63,563 nt of DNA. Origin: an uncultured virus (IMG/VR IMGVR_UViG_3300042261_001262). Taxonomy: Duplodnaviria; Heunggongvirae; Uroviricota; Caudoviricetes. The DNA is taken from IMG/VR virus record IMGVR_UViG_3300042261_001262; one strand, 5' to 3'. The position numbers and the translations under genes are program-made. Positions 1 to 9,593 of the stretch are shown one piece after another; within the stretch, counting starts at the first letter, position 1, and each line of letters starts with the position of its first letter. Below the pieces are notes generated by a model. That model was given only the letters and a program-made list of their open reading frames with translations, was not told where the DNA came from and did not search any database.

Positions 1-991
1 ATTCTAATTTTTCTGAAATCATTTTAACTTGTTGTTTTGTAAAACATAATATCATTACTGTATGACCTTCTTGAAGACGCAATTTAACTCTGTCTAAAAT
101 AAGATCAAAATATACATTACTTTTTATAATTATAGAATTGTAAAAAGCTTTACGTTTGATATAATCTTGAAATCTAGATAAAACACCTGAGTATTTATGA
201 GTTAACCCGCTATCATAATAATTTAATACGTAAGTAGGTTTTAACTCATAATTTTTAGTTTCATACATAATTTCACCAATAGTATTTTTCATAAGGACTT
301 CTGCAACACCAGTTTGAAAGGGTGTAGCCGAAAGACCAATAATGTTTAGGGTTCTGAAAAATAATGAAACCTTGGCGAATTTTGGAGCTGAACTAGTATT
401 ATGAACTTCATCATAAACAACCAATCCAAATCTAGCTTTATCTATAATTTCGAAATTTTTCGACATATCATTTTTTAATTTAGATAATAAAGTTTGTACT
501 AAAGCAATGGTAACTGGAGTATCAGTTGAAAAGAATTTTTGTTTTATTATACCGATTTCGTTTTCTCTTAAATCGGTAAAATCTTTAAATGCAACAATCC
601 ATTGCCTGAGTAGACTATCATTATCTACTATGACACAAGTTTTAATTCCTAATTTTGCCGCTATATAAACGGTTAATACTGTCTTACCCAGAGCTGGACG
701 AGCTTTGATTATACCATTAACATGTCCATTTTTTTGATATTCATTCAATACAGTATTAACTATATCGACTTGTTCATTTCTTAATTTACCTACAAATTTA
801 TAAAATGTAGGTTCTGGTTTTACAATGCTTACAAGATTTTGTAATCCGTCTGGATAATTTTGATGAAATAATCTAGGGAGAAATATTTTTTCTCCCTGTT
901 GATATAGACAAAAATCGTGAAAACTTTCAGCTACAAATGGATACTTATACAAATATTGTTCTAGATTATTTTTCTGAATATATGTCCACAA
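1..991 (-). CDS. SF2 (DExH) helicase, runs off the left edge of the window
   Basis: Manual translation from TTG at 991 (GGAGG upstream) gives Walker A ARPALGKT, motif II YDEVH and motif III GLSATP. Confidence 0.85.
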   Translation of the reverse strand, partial: MWTYIQKNNLEQYLYKYPFVAESFHDFCLYQQGEKIFLPRLFHQNYPDGLQNLVSIVKPEPTFYKFVGKLRNEQVDIVNTVLNEYQKNGHVNGIIKARPALGKTVLTVYIAAKLGIKTCVIVDNDSLLRQWIVAFKDFTDLRENEIGIIKQKFFSTDTPVTIALVQTLLSKLKNDMSKNFEIIDKARFGLVVYDEVHNTSSAPKFAKVSLFFRTLNIIGLSATPFQTGVAEVLMKNTIGEIMYETKNYELKPTYVLNYYDSGLTHKYSGVLSRFQDYIKRKAFYNSIIIKSNVYFDLILDRVKLRLQEGHTVMILCFTKQQVKMISEKLE

Positions 992-1424
992 TATTGTTAC
1001 CTCCAAAATGTGTTTTTATTATAGTATTATAGACATGTTTATTATAAAGTGGAAATCTATGTTTGATTCTATCTTGATTTTGGGTATCTAATAATTGGGC
1101 AAGAGCTAATCCTACTGCTGGTGATCTTGATATTCCAGCTTCACAATGTACAATTAGTGCGTCGATATTATTTTTAGCTTTTTTAGCGAATGCAAGAATT
1201 TCTTTCGCATCATCTTCATTAAATAAGTGGTATTTTTCAGGTTCTATATCTTCATCTAAATCATCAAAATTCATTCTTAGATAAAATATTCTTTTTGGAT
1301 CATCCTCTAATTTAATTTGTTCGTCTGGATTTCCTAAAATAGAAATCATTGCATATGGTGCATCACCTATAAGTCTAGAATGAAACATTTGTGCTCCAAT
1401 TTTGCTGAGAACGTATATATTCAT
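966..1424 (-). CDS. protein tyrosine/dual-specificity phosphatase-like protein
   Basis: CX5R loop VHCEAGISRS; upstream FDD acid loop. Confidence 0.8.
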   Translation of the reverse strand: MNIYVLSKIGAQMFHSRLIGDAPYAMISILGNPDEQIKLEDDPKRIFYLRMNFDDLDEDIEPEKYHLFNEDDAKEILAFAKKAKNNIDALIVHCEAGISRSPAVGLALAQLLDTQNQDRIKHRFPLYNKHVYNTIIKTHFGGNNIVDIYSEK

Positions 1425-1433
1425 ATATTCCTC

Positions 1434-2933
1434 TTATATAGATTTAAGTTGGTTTAATTTTTCTCTTACTTTAGTTGATATATACATTTTTTCTTTTCCA
1501 CTTATTTCAACAATGTAATCAATTTTGTCAACAATTTGATTACATTTATCCCAGTTATCATATTTAACATTGAATTTAACTTTATAATCTTCTGTTATAT
1601 ATTTTTTTCTACCTTCAGAATCTATAAATATTTTTATAATTTGACCATTTACTTCTCTAACATCGAAGAAAGTTAAATCTTTTGTAGATATAGTTTCAGA
1701 TTGTTTAATTTCAAAATTTGAAGTTGTTTTTGAAACTTGTGTTACTTTTTTCATTTGTTTATCTGGAACTTCTGTTTTAACATTAAATAAATCTTGAACA
1801 GATTTAAAATCATTTACAAATTTATTCATTTGTCCATAATTAACTGCACTGGATGGGTGAATTAATGGAATAATTGTCATTTCGTTATTCTTAAATACTT
1901 TACCAGATATAGATGTGATACTATCTGTAAATTGAAATGTAGAAGCCGCTTTTGCTCCTAATGGAACAAAAATTCTTGAAGGAAATTTTTCATATATCAT
2001 TCTTTGTAGATCTAAACAATTACTCATAGTTGTATCTGGATCTTTTATTTCTTTTTCAGTTCTAGTGAAACATAATATAACATTACCAATTAACCATTTA
2101 ATATTTGCTGGAAGAGTGGCAATTTTTTCTCTTAAAAATTTGCCAGATTTACCAACAAATGGTTTTCCAATTTTAGATTCTTCTGATCCAGGATTGAGAC
2201 CAAGAAATACTATATCAACTTCTTCAAAATCAGTTGCATTTGTATCTAATACAACTGTTGTTTTTCCGAAAAGCTCACATTTTTGACATTCTGGTCTTGT
2301 TAAAACAATTGTTTTAATTTCATCACAAAATTGTTGTATCTTATCTGGAAGTAACTGATACATATCTAAAACACTTTCGTTTTTATCTTGATGTTTGTAA
2401 TGTGGCTCATCTAATGATAAATCAATTGTTTGTTTGCCACTATTTAAATATTCATCAATTTTTTGAATATTCTCTAGAGGAATTACATTTAAATGAATTA
2501 AATCATAAAAGAAATTTAATTCTTGGTCATTACAATGTTTATCATATATTTGATCAAAAAATTCTAATAGAAGCTCTTTTATTTTTTGTTTATTCTTATC
2601 TAATAAATCATTACTTTTCAGAAAGAATAATTTTTTCATCTGATTACGTTGATTTATATCCAATAGATATCCAAATGTATAAAACATACTTACTAGATCA
2701 AATTTTTGAAACTGATATAATCCATTCATATATTTATTAATATACCAAACTAGATGTGGATAATTATAAACATATGAAGTTAATCGTTTTAAAATAAAAT
2801 TATCCCATTCATATTTATAAATCAAATCTTCTATTTCTTTTTCACTTCGCTTGCTAAAAAACCATTTTGATAATTCTTTTAAACCAGTTAAATAGTTTTT
2901 CTTTTTCGGTATCACCGAACTTTTTTTTGACAT
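1434..2933 (-). CDS. uracil-DNA glycosylase superfamily (family 4-like, Fe-S) domain protein with long N- and C-terminal extensions
   Basis: CQKCEL, GLNPG-x-E, PFVGKSG, NVILC, LGAKA and IHPS motifs in residues ~215-380. Confidence 0.8.
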   Translation of the reverse strand: MSKKSSVIPKKKNYLTGLKELSKWFFSKRSEKEIEDLIYKYEWDNFILKRLTSYVYNYPHLVWYINKYMNGLYQFQKFDLVSMFYTFGYLLDINQRNQMKKLFFLKSNDLLDKNKQKIKELLLEFFDQIYDKHCNDQELNFFYDLIHLNVIPLENIQKIDEYLNSGKQTIDLSLDEPHYKHQDKNESVLDMYQLLPDKIQQFCDEIKTIVLTRPECQKCELFGKTTVVLDTNATDFEEVDIVFLGLNPGSEESKIGKPFVGKSGKFLREKIATLPANIKWLIGNVILCFTRTEKEIKDPDTTMSNCLDLQRMIYEKFPSRIFVPLGAKAASTFQFTDSITSISGKVFKNNEMTIIPLIHPSSAVNYGQMNKFVNDFKSVQDLFNVKTEVPDKQMKKVTQVSKTTSNFEIKQSETISTKDLTFFDVREVNGQIIKIFIDSEGRKKYITEDYKVKFNVKYDNWDKCNQIVDKIDYIVEISGKEKMYISTKVREKLNQLKSI

Positions 2934-2994
2934 TATAGCTCCTTAAAAAATAGACTATCTATATTATTTCTATATAAAATATGAATAAATAAAA

Positions 2995-3028
2995 AATTAG
3001 CGGCCAAAGCTGAATTTGGCCGCTAATT
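2995..3028 (-). terminator. intrinsic terminator
   Basis: AATTAGCGGCCAAA/TTTGGCCGCTAATT inverted repeat followed by a T-run on the minus strand. Confidence 0.75.
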
Positions 3029-3033
3029 AATTT

Positions 3034-3450
3034 TTACAACGTTACTGGAGGAGGAGTTTGTTGCTTTATAAGATCCTCCGAAGAATTATTTTGAGTAACT
3101 TCTGGTCTCTCATATGAGGGTGATGAACTAAGAAATCTCAATTCATCACAGAAGATTGAAAAAATCTTTCTAATTTCACCACTTTCAGTTCTCCATTCTT
3201 TTGTTCTTATTTTTCCTTCAACATATATAAGTTTACCTTTTTCAAGATATTTGACAGCAATTTCACCAACTTTATTAAAAGCAATAATATGATGATATTC
3301 TGTTTTCTTTATTTGTTTACCTTGCTTATCTTTGAATACTTCATTTGTCGCCAATCTAAATTTTGTAAATGTTGAACCATCATTTCCTGTGATAACTTCT
3401 GGATCATTAACAACCCTACCAATGAGCAAAGCCTTATTTAAGTATGACAT
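3034..3450 (-). CDS. ssb: single-stranded DNA-binding protein
   Basis: LNKALLIGRV..DPE, FRLATN, LEKGKLIYVEGKIRT: bacterial SSB OB fold. Confidence 0.9.
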   Translation of the reverse strand: MSYLNKALLIGRVVNDPEVITGNDGSTFTKFRLATNEVFKDKQGKQIKKTEYHHIIAFNKVGEIAVKYLEKGKLIYVEGKIRTKEWRTESGEIRKIFSIFCDELRFLSSSPSYERPEVTQNNSSEDLIKQQTPPPVTL

Positions 3451-3466
3451 TGTTTCTCCTTATTTA

Positions 3467-4381
3467 TTAAATGTAATCACCACCAAATTTCTCTTCAAAG
3501 TCATCTTCTAATTTTTTACCAAATTTGCTTTCAAAATATGAATTCTTTTTATCAGAAACTTCTTCTACCTCTTCTGATTCTTCTAATTCTTCATCAAAAA
3601 TATTAGGATCTTCTGGTACTTTGATATCAATTGATTCAATTTGTAAAATAAAATCATTTTTGTCAATATAAGCTAATCCTAATTTATCATTTTTGATCAT
3701 ATAACAATCTTTAGTTTCAACATTTGGAATGCCAAATACAACTTTGTTAATCAATTTTATTTTGTCAATAAAACCTCCTTTTGGTAAATCGTTAGTGTAG
3801 CTGTTTGTCGAAATATAAAGACCGATTAATGAGCCACCATACATATTTCTAAATTCATCAGCATTTTTGTAACCATATTGCTGAGCAAGATGATCTTCTT
3901 GTTCTTCATTAATAATTTTATATAATACAAGAAACTCTCCATCTTCGAGAAAATTGTTATTCTCAATTTCCATATAAGCATCACTTACTATTGGTTGAAC
4001 AGTTTCTTGTATAGTTTTTTCCTCTTGAACAGTTTCTTTTGGTTGTTCATCAAATATATTTTCATCAAATTCTACTATATCCAAATTTTGTTCAGAAGAA
4101 GATTCTTCTACTTTATAACGAATTTCTTCACTGAATTTTTTAATATCTTTTTCAAGCTTACTTTTAAATGTAATATTTGGTACATAATTAGATAATTCTA
4201 ATACTTCAGGAATACATTTAAGACAATACATTTTGGGTTCGGTATTATCATCTACGATAATAAAATAATTATCTGTTTCGCCATCTGAAACTGGTCCAAG
4301 AAATGATCTTAATTGTAATGGATCTTCAAATTGAGTTTCACATTTGTCACAAACATAAATAGGTTTGAATACCTTTCCCAC
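3467..4381 (-). CDS. hypothetical acidic protein with N-terminal CxxC...CxxC; probable GTG start at 4381
   Basis: Long ORF; GGAGG upstream of the GTG; CDKC and CLKC. Confidence 0.6.
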   Translation of the reverse strand: MGKVFKPIYVCDKCETQFEDPLQLRSFLGPVSDGETDNYFIIVDDNTEPKMYCLKCIPEVLELSNYVPNITFKSKLEKDIKKFSEEIRYKVEESSSEQNLDIVEFDENIFDEQPKETVQEEKTIQETVQPIVSDAYMEIENNNFLEDGEFLVLYKIINEEQEDHLAQQYGYKNADEFRNMYGGSLIGLYISTNSYTNDLPKGGFIDKIKLINKVVFGIPNVETKDCYMIKNDKLGLAYIDKNDFILQIESIDIKVPEDPNIFDEELEESEEVEEVSDKKNSYFESKFGKKLEDDFEEKFGGDYI

Positions 4382-4423
4382 AACATACCCTCCATATATT
4401 TTTAAAAACAAAGGAATTTTGAA

Positions 4424-4454
4424 GGTTGAGGAGACCATGAGATCTCCTCAACCT
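4424..4454 (-). terminator. hairpin / terminator
   Basis: AGGTTGAGGAGA/TCTCCTCAACCT inverted repeat. Confidence 0.6.
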
Positions 4455-4459
4455 GTTTT

Positions 4460-5281
4460 CTAATCGAGAAACGTGACAGCTCGGGCCCCTGGAGCAGTTC
4501 TCTCAGTGTTGAGATGTACCTCACACCAACCAGGCAGATACACAGTCTTGTGATCTGCATGTCTGATGTGACCACGGACATAAACAGTTGCATTCCGCCT
4601 CATAAGGCGGTAGAACTGCTTGTCCTTGTCTGGAATTGTATTGTACATGTTGGCAGATATAATTCTGCTTCCATGTACGTATACATTCTCACCACCAGTC
4701 CGGTAGAGTTCTTCGCAGATATGCTGCTTAGAACCTCTGCGGCCGTTGGTAATCGGCTCATTCCGAAGAATGAGCTTGGAATCTGGAATGATACCAGACG
4801 GGATGAAAAACCATTCACCCTGTCTGATATAAGCTTCGTTCTTTCGTCTCTTGTTATGCTTCTTGAGGTCGGAAGTCTTTACCCTACCATCCTGTGCTTC
4901 ACGAACAGGTGGAGGTTTCAAACCTTCCATTGCCGTGAAGACATCCTTTGAATCCCGCGGAACCGCAGACGAGAACCAGTGTCTCTCGTCATGTCCGCAG
5001 AGATACTTGAACTTGTCCTTGCCAACGATAGCCTGGAGCAGAAGGTGTCTCTGTTCCGGACTAATGTTGACAATGACAAGTTCAACGTCTACATCCTTCC
5101 TGGTACGGAGGACGAAGACTTCCTTTTTCTTTGAAACTTCAACATCAATCTCGAGATTCATTCGACTGAACCTTGAGATGGGTTCAAACTTCAGCTCCGC
5201 TCCCATCTTGCGGAACTGTTCCTGAAGATTTCCAGTTTCCACCACCTTTTCCTCCTTTAAAATAAAATTGTCAACGGACAA
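4460..5281 (-). CDS. conserved-looking hypothetical protein (RQGEWFF motif), GC-richer than background
   Basis: 273-aa ORF between a promoter motif and a hairpin; GHDERHWF, IRQGEWFFIP and IRHADH motifs. Confidence 0.7.
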   Translation of the reverse strand: MSVDNFILKEEKVVETGNLQEQFRKMGAELKFEPISRFSRMNLEIDVEVSKKKEVFVLRTRKDVDVELVIVNISPEQRHLLLQAIVGKDKFKYLCGHDERHWFSSAVPRDSKDVFTAMEGLKPPPVREAQDGRVKTSDLKKHNKRRKNEAYIRQGEWFFIPSGIIPDSKLILRNEPITNGRRGSKQHICEELYRTGGENVYVHGSRIISANMYNTIPDKDKQFYRLMRRNATVYVRGHIRHADHKTVYLPGWCEVHLNTERTAPGARAVTFLD

Positions 5282-5336
5282 AATCCATTAACAATTTTAT
5301 TATTTCTATATGAAATATGTGAAAATAAAAAAATTA

Positions 5337-5358
5337 GGGGTGGATAACACCACCCCTG
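5337..5358 (-). terminator. intrinsic terminator ending the ubiquitin-like operon
   Basis: AGGGGTGG/CCACCCCT stem followed by a T-rich tract on the minus strand. Confidence 0.7.
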
Positions 5359-5478
5359 TTGCGGGAAAAGAGGTCCGATTCATCGATTTTAATCTCCACG
5401 GTGATCTCTTTTTCGTATCCGGACTTGTCAAGGCGCGACCTTGATTCCCTGTCCACCGGATTACTACTTGTCGCCCAC
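5359..5478 (-). ncRNA. candidate structured RNA
   Basis: GC-rich intergenic segment with stems ATCCGG/CCGGAT, TCAAGG/CCTTGA and CGAAAAAGAG/CTCTTTTCCCG. Confidence 0.4.
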
Positions 5479-5481
5479 TTA

Positions 5482-6333
5482 TTAAATATTGATTTTTGCC
5501 CAACCAACTCCACTAAATTCGATTAAGTTTGGTGGCAAAGTATCGTTAACAATAATATTTTGAAGGTTACAAAATATTAAAGATGCTGCCAAATTATTAA
5601 TTGATTGACTTTGATCTCCAAAGAAAGCACAACTTTGAGTTGTTTCTTCTTCTGTTAATTTAAACATTTGTAAAAAATTTATAGGTTTTTGATTTTTATT
5701 TTTAAGATCGAATTGATCTAAATTAAACCATGTTGTTACAATTTGACCATTGTATATGTTATTTCCACTATCTATATAGATTGAAGAAATTGGGCACTTA
5801 AGCTGCCATTTAGCTTGATCAACCGATCTAAAGATATCAATATTTAATGAGGTCATTGTTTTCAAAGTAGAATATATCATTCTTCTACTTTTGTTGTTAT
5901 CAACACATCCTAAAATAATATATAATGATCTTAAACTCTCTATTAATTCACCAGTATTTAAATCATTGGATAATCCTTCAAGATCTATCGTTTCTTTATG
6001 ATATTCATTCAATATTTTTGTAAATTTTAATTTAGTTTCTAATCTAATATTTTTTGCTCGTATATGTTCGTATTCTATACAACCTCTGTTAATTAATGCT
6101 TGAGCTTTTGGTTTTAAAATATCCCATTCTGTAAAATTTTGTCGAAGAATATTTCTATCTTCGACTATATCATCATCTATGATTGTATAGCTTAATTTAT
6201 TATTATTTTGTCCAAAAAATCTACGATTGAGATTGTATGCAAATTTTGATACAAGCGGCGTTAACCATGAACCTGTACCTCCAGCTCCAATTTGAACAAT
6301 GTTAATAGAATCAAAGTTTTCAATGATACTCAT
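5482..6333 (-). CDS. ThiF/E1-family adenylyltransferase (PRTRC-type)
   Basis: IGAGGTGS, IDDDIVEDRNILRQNF, CVDNNKSR, DSGN and late QSCA motifs. Confidence 0.88.
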   Translation of the reverse strand: MSIIENFDSINIVQIGAGGTGSWLTPLVSKFAYNLNRRFFGQNNNKLSYTIIDDDIVEDRNILRQNFTEWDILKPKAQALINRGCIEYEHIRAKNIRLETKLKFTKILNEYHKETIDLEGLSNDLNTGELIESLRSLYIILGCVDNNKSRRMIYSTLKTMTSLNIDIFRSVDQAKWQLKCPISSIYIDSGNNIYNGQIVTTWFNLDQFDLKNKNQKPINFLQMFKLTEEETTQSCAFFGDQSQSINNLAASLIFCNLQNIIVNDTLPPNLIEFSGVGWAKINI

Positions 6334-7130
6334 AACATTCCATTAAATAATTTTGTGCTATTAATATCATTTAAAAAGTCAAAAGTATCATCATATTTTG
6401 CTATCGTTATATTATGTTGTTTTGAATCTTGGATGATCTGATCTAATCTAGTAACAGTTTCATTTGAAATTTGTTTTGTATATTTATCTAATTCAAATAC
6501 ATCTTTAACTTCAAGATTAATAAATCTAATTCCAGTCCAAATTCTAAACTTTTTATCAATATTAAATAGTTCCGATTTTTGATTGATTTTGCCGATAACT
6601 CCGAAAAAACTGAACAAACTATTTTGTTCATCATCATTATCTATTGAGGAAAATGCCGCAGCCATACCATGATGACTATGTATTTGTAAATATCTTACAT
6701 AGTTAGTATTTAATTCATATTTATCGGTATAACTATATTCAACCCTTCCTGTTGTTATAATTTGATCACATATTTCAGTAACAAATCGCTTTTTACGTTT
6801 GTTCCAATAAACATTTATTGCCAATTCTAATTTATTTTCCTTAGAAACATATTTAAACATTTCTAGAATTTCACTTAATATTGTTATTGGTGGTTTTGGT
6901 ATAAATGTTACCATATATGGTGATGATGGTATACTTAACAAAGATGAGTTTTTATAATCAACATATGGTATTTTATCTGCAATCAGTCCAAGTTCATTAT
7001 TTAATACAATGTATGCTCCATTATTGGTAAATACTATATTTCTAAAAGACAAATTTAAATCATGTATATCTTTATCTAAGAAATGAACAGATGTTAAACT
7101 TGATTCATTTATTTGTGATATATCTGTCAT
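6330..7130 (-). CDS. prokaryotic JAB/MPN+ metallopeptidase (deubiquitinase-like)
   Basis: Upstream E (KLELA) and QIHSHHGMAAAFSSIDNDDE matching HSHx7Sx2D. Confidence 0.85.
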   Translation of the reverse strand: MTDISQINESSLTSVHFLDKDIHDLNLSFRNIVFTNNGAYIVLNNELGLIADKIPYVDYKNSSLLSIPSSPYMVTFIPKPPITILSEILEMFKYVSKENKLELAINVYWNKRKKRFVTEICDQIITTGRVEYSYTDKYELNTNYVRYLQIHSHHGMAAAFSSIDNDDEQNSLFSFFGVIGKINQKSELFNIDKKFRIWTGIRFINLEVKDVFELDKYTKQISNETVTRLDQIIQDSKQHNITIAKYDDTFDFLNDINSTKLFNGML

Positions 7131-8068
7131 TAGTAAGCTCCATTTATTATCATTTTTTTCAAGGAAGCATCAATACTTGGCATTTTATAAAATAATTTTC
7201 CATCTACTATAAGATCGAAAATATCATCCTCACTAGATTGTGATATAAAATATAACATGTCAATTATGGAAATTACTTTATTCTCCATAATTTGATTTCT
7301 GATATATTTAACATCAAATGATACTCCAATATGGAATTTTCTTGTATTTTTTATGTTAAATTCATAATCATAATTGAAATTGGTTGTTAGTACTTTTATG
7401 AGTTGTTTTAAATGTAAATTTTTGAATGATCGAGATCTTATGTTATCTTGATATCCAAAACACATATTACCTTCACTTGTTGTATTACCGTATGGAAAAT
7501 TGTAAAGATCATATCCTACTTTTATAAAAAATATATTCGAGTTGATAATTTGAGGGTAATTTGGATTATTTGGATTATTTGGATTATTTGAATCTCTTGA
7601 TAATGTTATTTGATTATATAGTTTATACAATGGTAGTCTGCACTCAATATTTATATCAATTTGATCATTATGAAAAGTTGAAGTATTTTTTTCAAGTTTA
7701 AAATGATCAACTTCAAAAACATCTGGAAGTGGACCTAATTTGCCGGCTTCAATATCTAATAATTGATCATTTTGTTGTCCAAGAAATCTATACTTTAAAT
7801 TAACAAATCTATAATCTTCATCAAATAATGGAAATACATGTTTAACATGAGTGTTATTTGCTGAAACATATTGGTCATTGATAATTTGCATCCAACCAGT
7901 TTCTATATGTTTTAATTTAATAAAATTATGAATATCCTGATCCGGTATAATAACACATTTTCCATCAATTGGTCGTTCTAATATAACATGACTATCTTTA
8001 TCAAAAAAATAGGCAATTAATTTAAAAGGAGAAGATACTTGTTTCTTTCTTACTATATTAAGAATCAT
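7130..8068 (-). CDS. prokaryotic E2-like conjugating enzyme (family D / PRTRC protein B-like)
   Basis: LYNFPYGNTTSEGNMCFG resembles the PxxNxxxxGxxCxG E2 motif; adjacent to JAB and E1. Confidence 0.65.
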   Translation of the reverse strand: MILNIVRKKQVSSPFKLIAYFFDKDSHVILERPIDGKCVIIPDQDIHNFIKLKHIETGWMQIINDQYVSANNTHVKHVFPLFDEDYRFVNLKYRFLGQQNDQLLDIEAGKLGPLPDVFEVDHFKLEKNTSTFHNDQIDINIECRLPLYKLYNQITLSRDSNNPNNPNNPNYPQIINSNIFFIKVGYDLYNFPYGNTTSEGNMCFGYQDNIRSRSFKNLHLKQLIKVLTTNFNYDYEFNIKNTRKFHIGVSFDVKYIRNQIMENKVISIIDMLYFISQSSEDDIFDLIVDGKLFYKMPSIDASLKKMIINGAY

Positions 8069-8074
8069 TTTATA

Positions 8075-8608
8075 TCACCCAATCGTAACATTGACATCCA
8101 AATATCTAGAATTATAAGTTTGTTCATATTGAGAATTATAAGTTTGTTCATATTGAACTATTTTTGCCAATATATAATCATCATAAACTTTACAACTTAA
8201 CTTTAGCATTTGATCACCCTGTTCTTTTGTTTTAGAAGATTCAAATTTTATAATCAATTGTGAATTTTGTTCATCAAGTTTTATCGGAGTTTTTATTACT
8301 TCGAATAATGCATGTTTATTATTGAAAGAAGTACTAAATGCTGTTTCAACTCTAGTATGAAACAGGGTTTCTAAAATTAGTTTTTGTATTTTTCCAATAT
8401 GTAATTTAAGCTTTTTTCTATTAGTTTCATAATCAGTTTTTAATAATATTTCCCCATCATTATATGCAATTAGATAGTCTCTATATATTGATCCATTACC
8501 AAAATTTACACCATTATATATTTTACTTGAAACAATGAAACCTGTTGAAAAATCATGATGGTATTCATCGTCAAATTTTGTAAAATCAATCAATATGTGA
8601 TATGACAT
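8075..8608 (-). CDS. hypothetical protein in the Ubl operon (probable start MSYHIL at 8608)
   Basis: ORF overlapping the upstream gene; duplicated YEQTYNS near the C-terminus. Confidence 0.6.
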   Translation of the reverse strand: MSYHILIDFTKFDDEYHHDFSTGFIVSSKIYNGVNFGNGSIYRDYLIAYNDGEILLKTDYETNRKKLKLHIGKIQKLILETLFHTRVETAFSTSFNNKHALFEVIKTPIKLDEQNSQLIIKFESSKTKEQGDQMLKLSCKVYDDYILAKIVQYEQTYNSQYEQTYNSRYLDVNVTIG

Positions 8609-9137
8609 TTTGATCCTCATTTGAATTATTATAAAATTCAATTTGTGCTTTGAGAATATCATCATACATTGTATGTGCACATATTATAGAGTCTAGTTCA
8701 TATGTTGCACCTTTTTTGTTTACGTTAAAATATATATCATTTAGACCATATTGGTTTATAAATAATGATCGTTTTTTATTAAAGTCTAATTGTAATTTTC
8801 CAAGATTATTTATTTGTAAACTTAAACCAATTTCATTTATTTTATCGACACTTGGAAGAACTATATTTTTAATATTTATTAATGTTTTAATTATGTCAGT
8901 TTGTTTCCAAAGAAATTTTCGAAGGTATATATCTTGGTCATTAAAAAATGGAAAATTATTTTTTTCAATATAATTCAAAATTATATTCAATATTATATGA
9001 TCTACTATATTTTGACATTGCTTTATTAAAAATCGTAAGGATCTTTCTTCAATGGCAATGGTAAATATTAATGAAAGGAACTGTTCTTCATTTTTAAAAA
9101 TACCATCTGGTATTTCTATAGTTTCGGTTACTATCAT
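8586..9137 (-). CDS. hypothetical protein in the Ubl operon (probable start MIVTET at 9137)
   Basis: Long AT-rich ORF after the hairpin at 9159-9186. Confidence 0.6.
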   Translation of the reverse strand: MIVTETIEIPDGIFKNEEQFLSLIFTIAIEERSLRFLIKQCQNIVDHIILNIILNYIEKNNFPFFNDQDIYLRKFLWKQTDIIKTLINIKNIVLPSVDKINEIGLSLQINNLGKLQLDFNKKRSLFINQYGLNDIYFNVNKKGATYELDSIICAHTMYDDILKAQIEFYNNSNEDQNVISHID

Positions 9138-9158
9138 TTTGGTCTCAATTAAAAATAA

Positions 9159-9186
9159 GGTTGGAGGACAATTAAGTCCCCCAACC
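9159..9186 (-). terminator. hairpin / attenuator after the Ubl gene
   Basis: GGTTGG(A)GGAC/GTCCCCCAACC inverted repeat followed by a T-rich tract on the minus strand. Confidence 0.55.
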
Positions 9187-9197
9187 ATTTTTGGTCT

Positions 9198-9593
9198 CTA
9201 GCCCTTTGTTCCTACAGTGATTACGAATTTGATAATCCGAACACCATCAGGGCTATCACTAATGGAAATACTATCTTTAGATATTTCCCTGAAATAACTG
9301 GAAACCAATTCAAATGCTTCATCAGAAGTCAACGTTTTATTGACTTCTTTAATCATGTTGTTATTAACATAAATTTTCGTATAGTTTTTAGAATTGGCGG
9401 AAGTCTTCTTAACATCATTCTTGACAGAAGTCTTCTTAACTTCCTTCTTAGGTACCGGCAACGTACCTGCCCCTTCTGCGAAACGTTTATTGCAGGTCTT
9501 GCAAACCCACAACTGTTCGCCTGCTGCATTCTTTCCCTTCTTTGTTGCTTCCCTGCTCGTTTTGCAAGCAGGACAGTACATCAATGTTGCCAT
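9198..9593 (-). CDS. Zn-ribbon + ubiquitin-like (PRTRC protein C-like) fusion
   Basis: N-terminal CPAC...G-Q-W-CKTC; Lys-rich linker; ~60-aa C-terminal domain ending FVITVGTKG; heads the E2-JAB-E1 operon. Confidence 0.7.
   Translation of the reverse strand: MATLMYCPACKTSREATKKGKNAAGEQLWVCKTCNKRFAEGAGTLPVPKKEVKKTSVKNDVKKTSANSKNYTKIYVNNNMIKEVNKTLTSDEAFELVSSYFREISKDSISISDSPDGVRIIKFVITVGTKG

Noticed and set aside
5306..5503. 65-aa ORF in the track
   Set aside because: It overlaps the E1 end, the terminator and the promoter motif, and has no RBS.
7559..7590. TTGGATTAT x3 microrepeat
   Set aside because: In-frame low-complexity NNP loop within the E2-like gene; no sign of a separate function.
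9198..9593. IS1 element suggested by the InsA-like Zn ribbon
   Set aside because: No InsB/DDE transposase or terminal inverted repeats; the ribbon is fused to a GTKG-ending domain.
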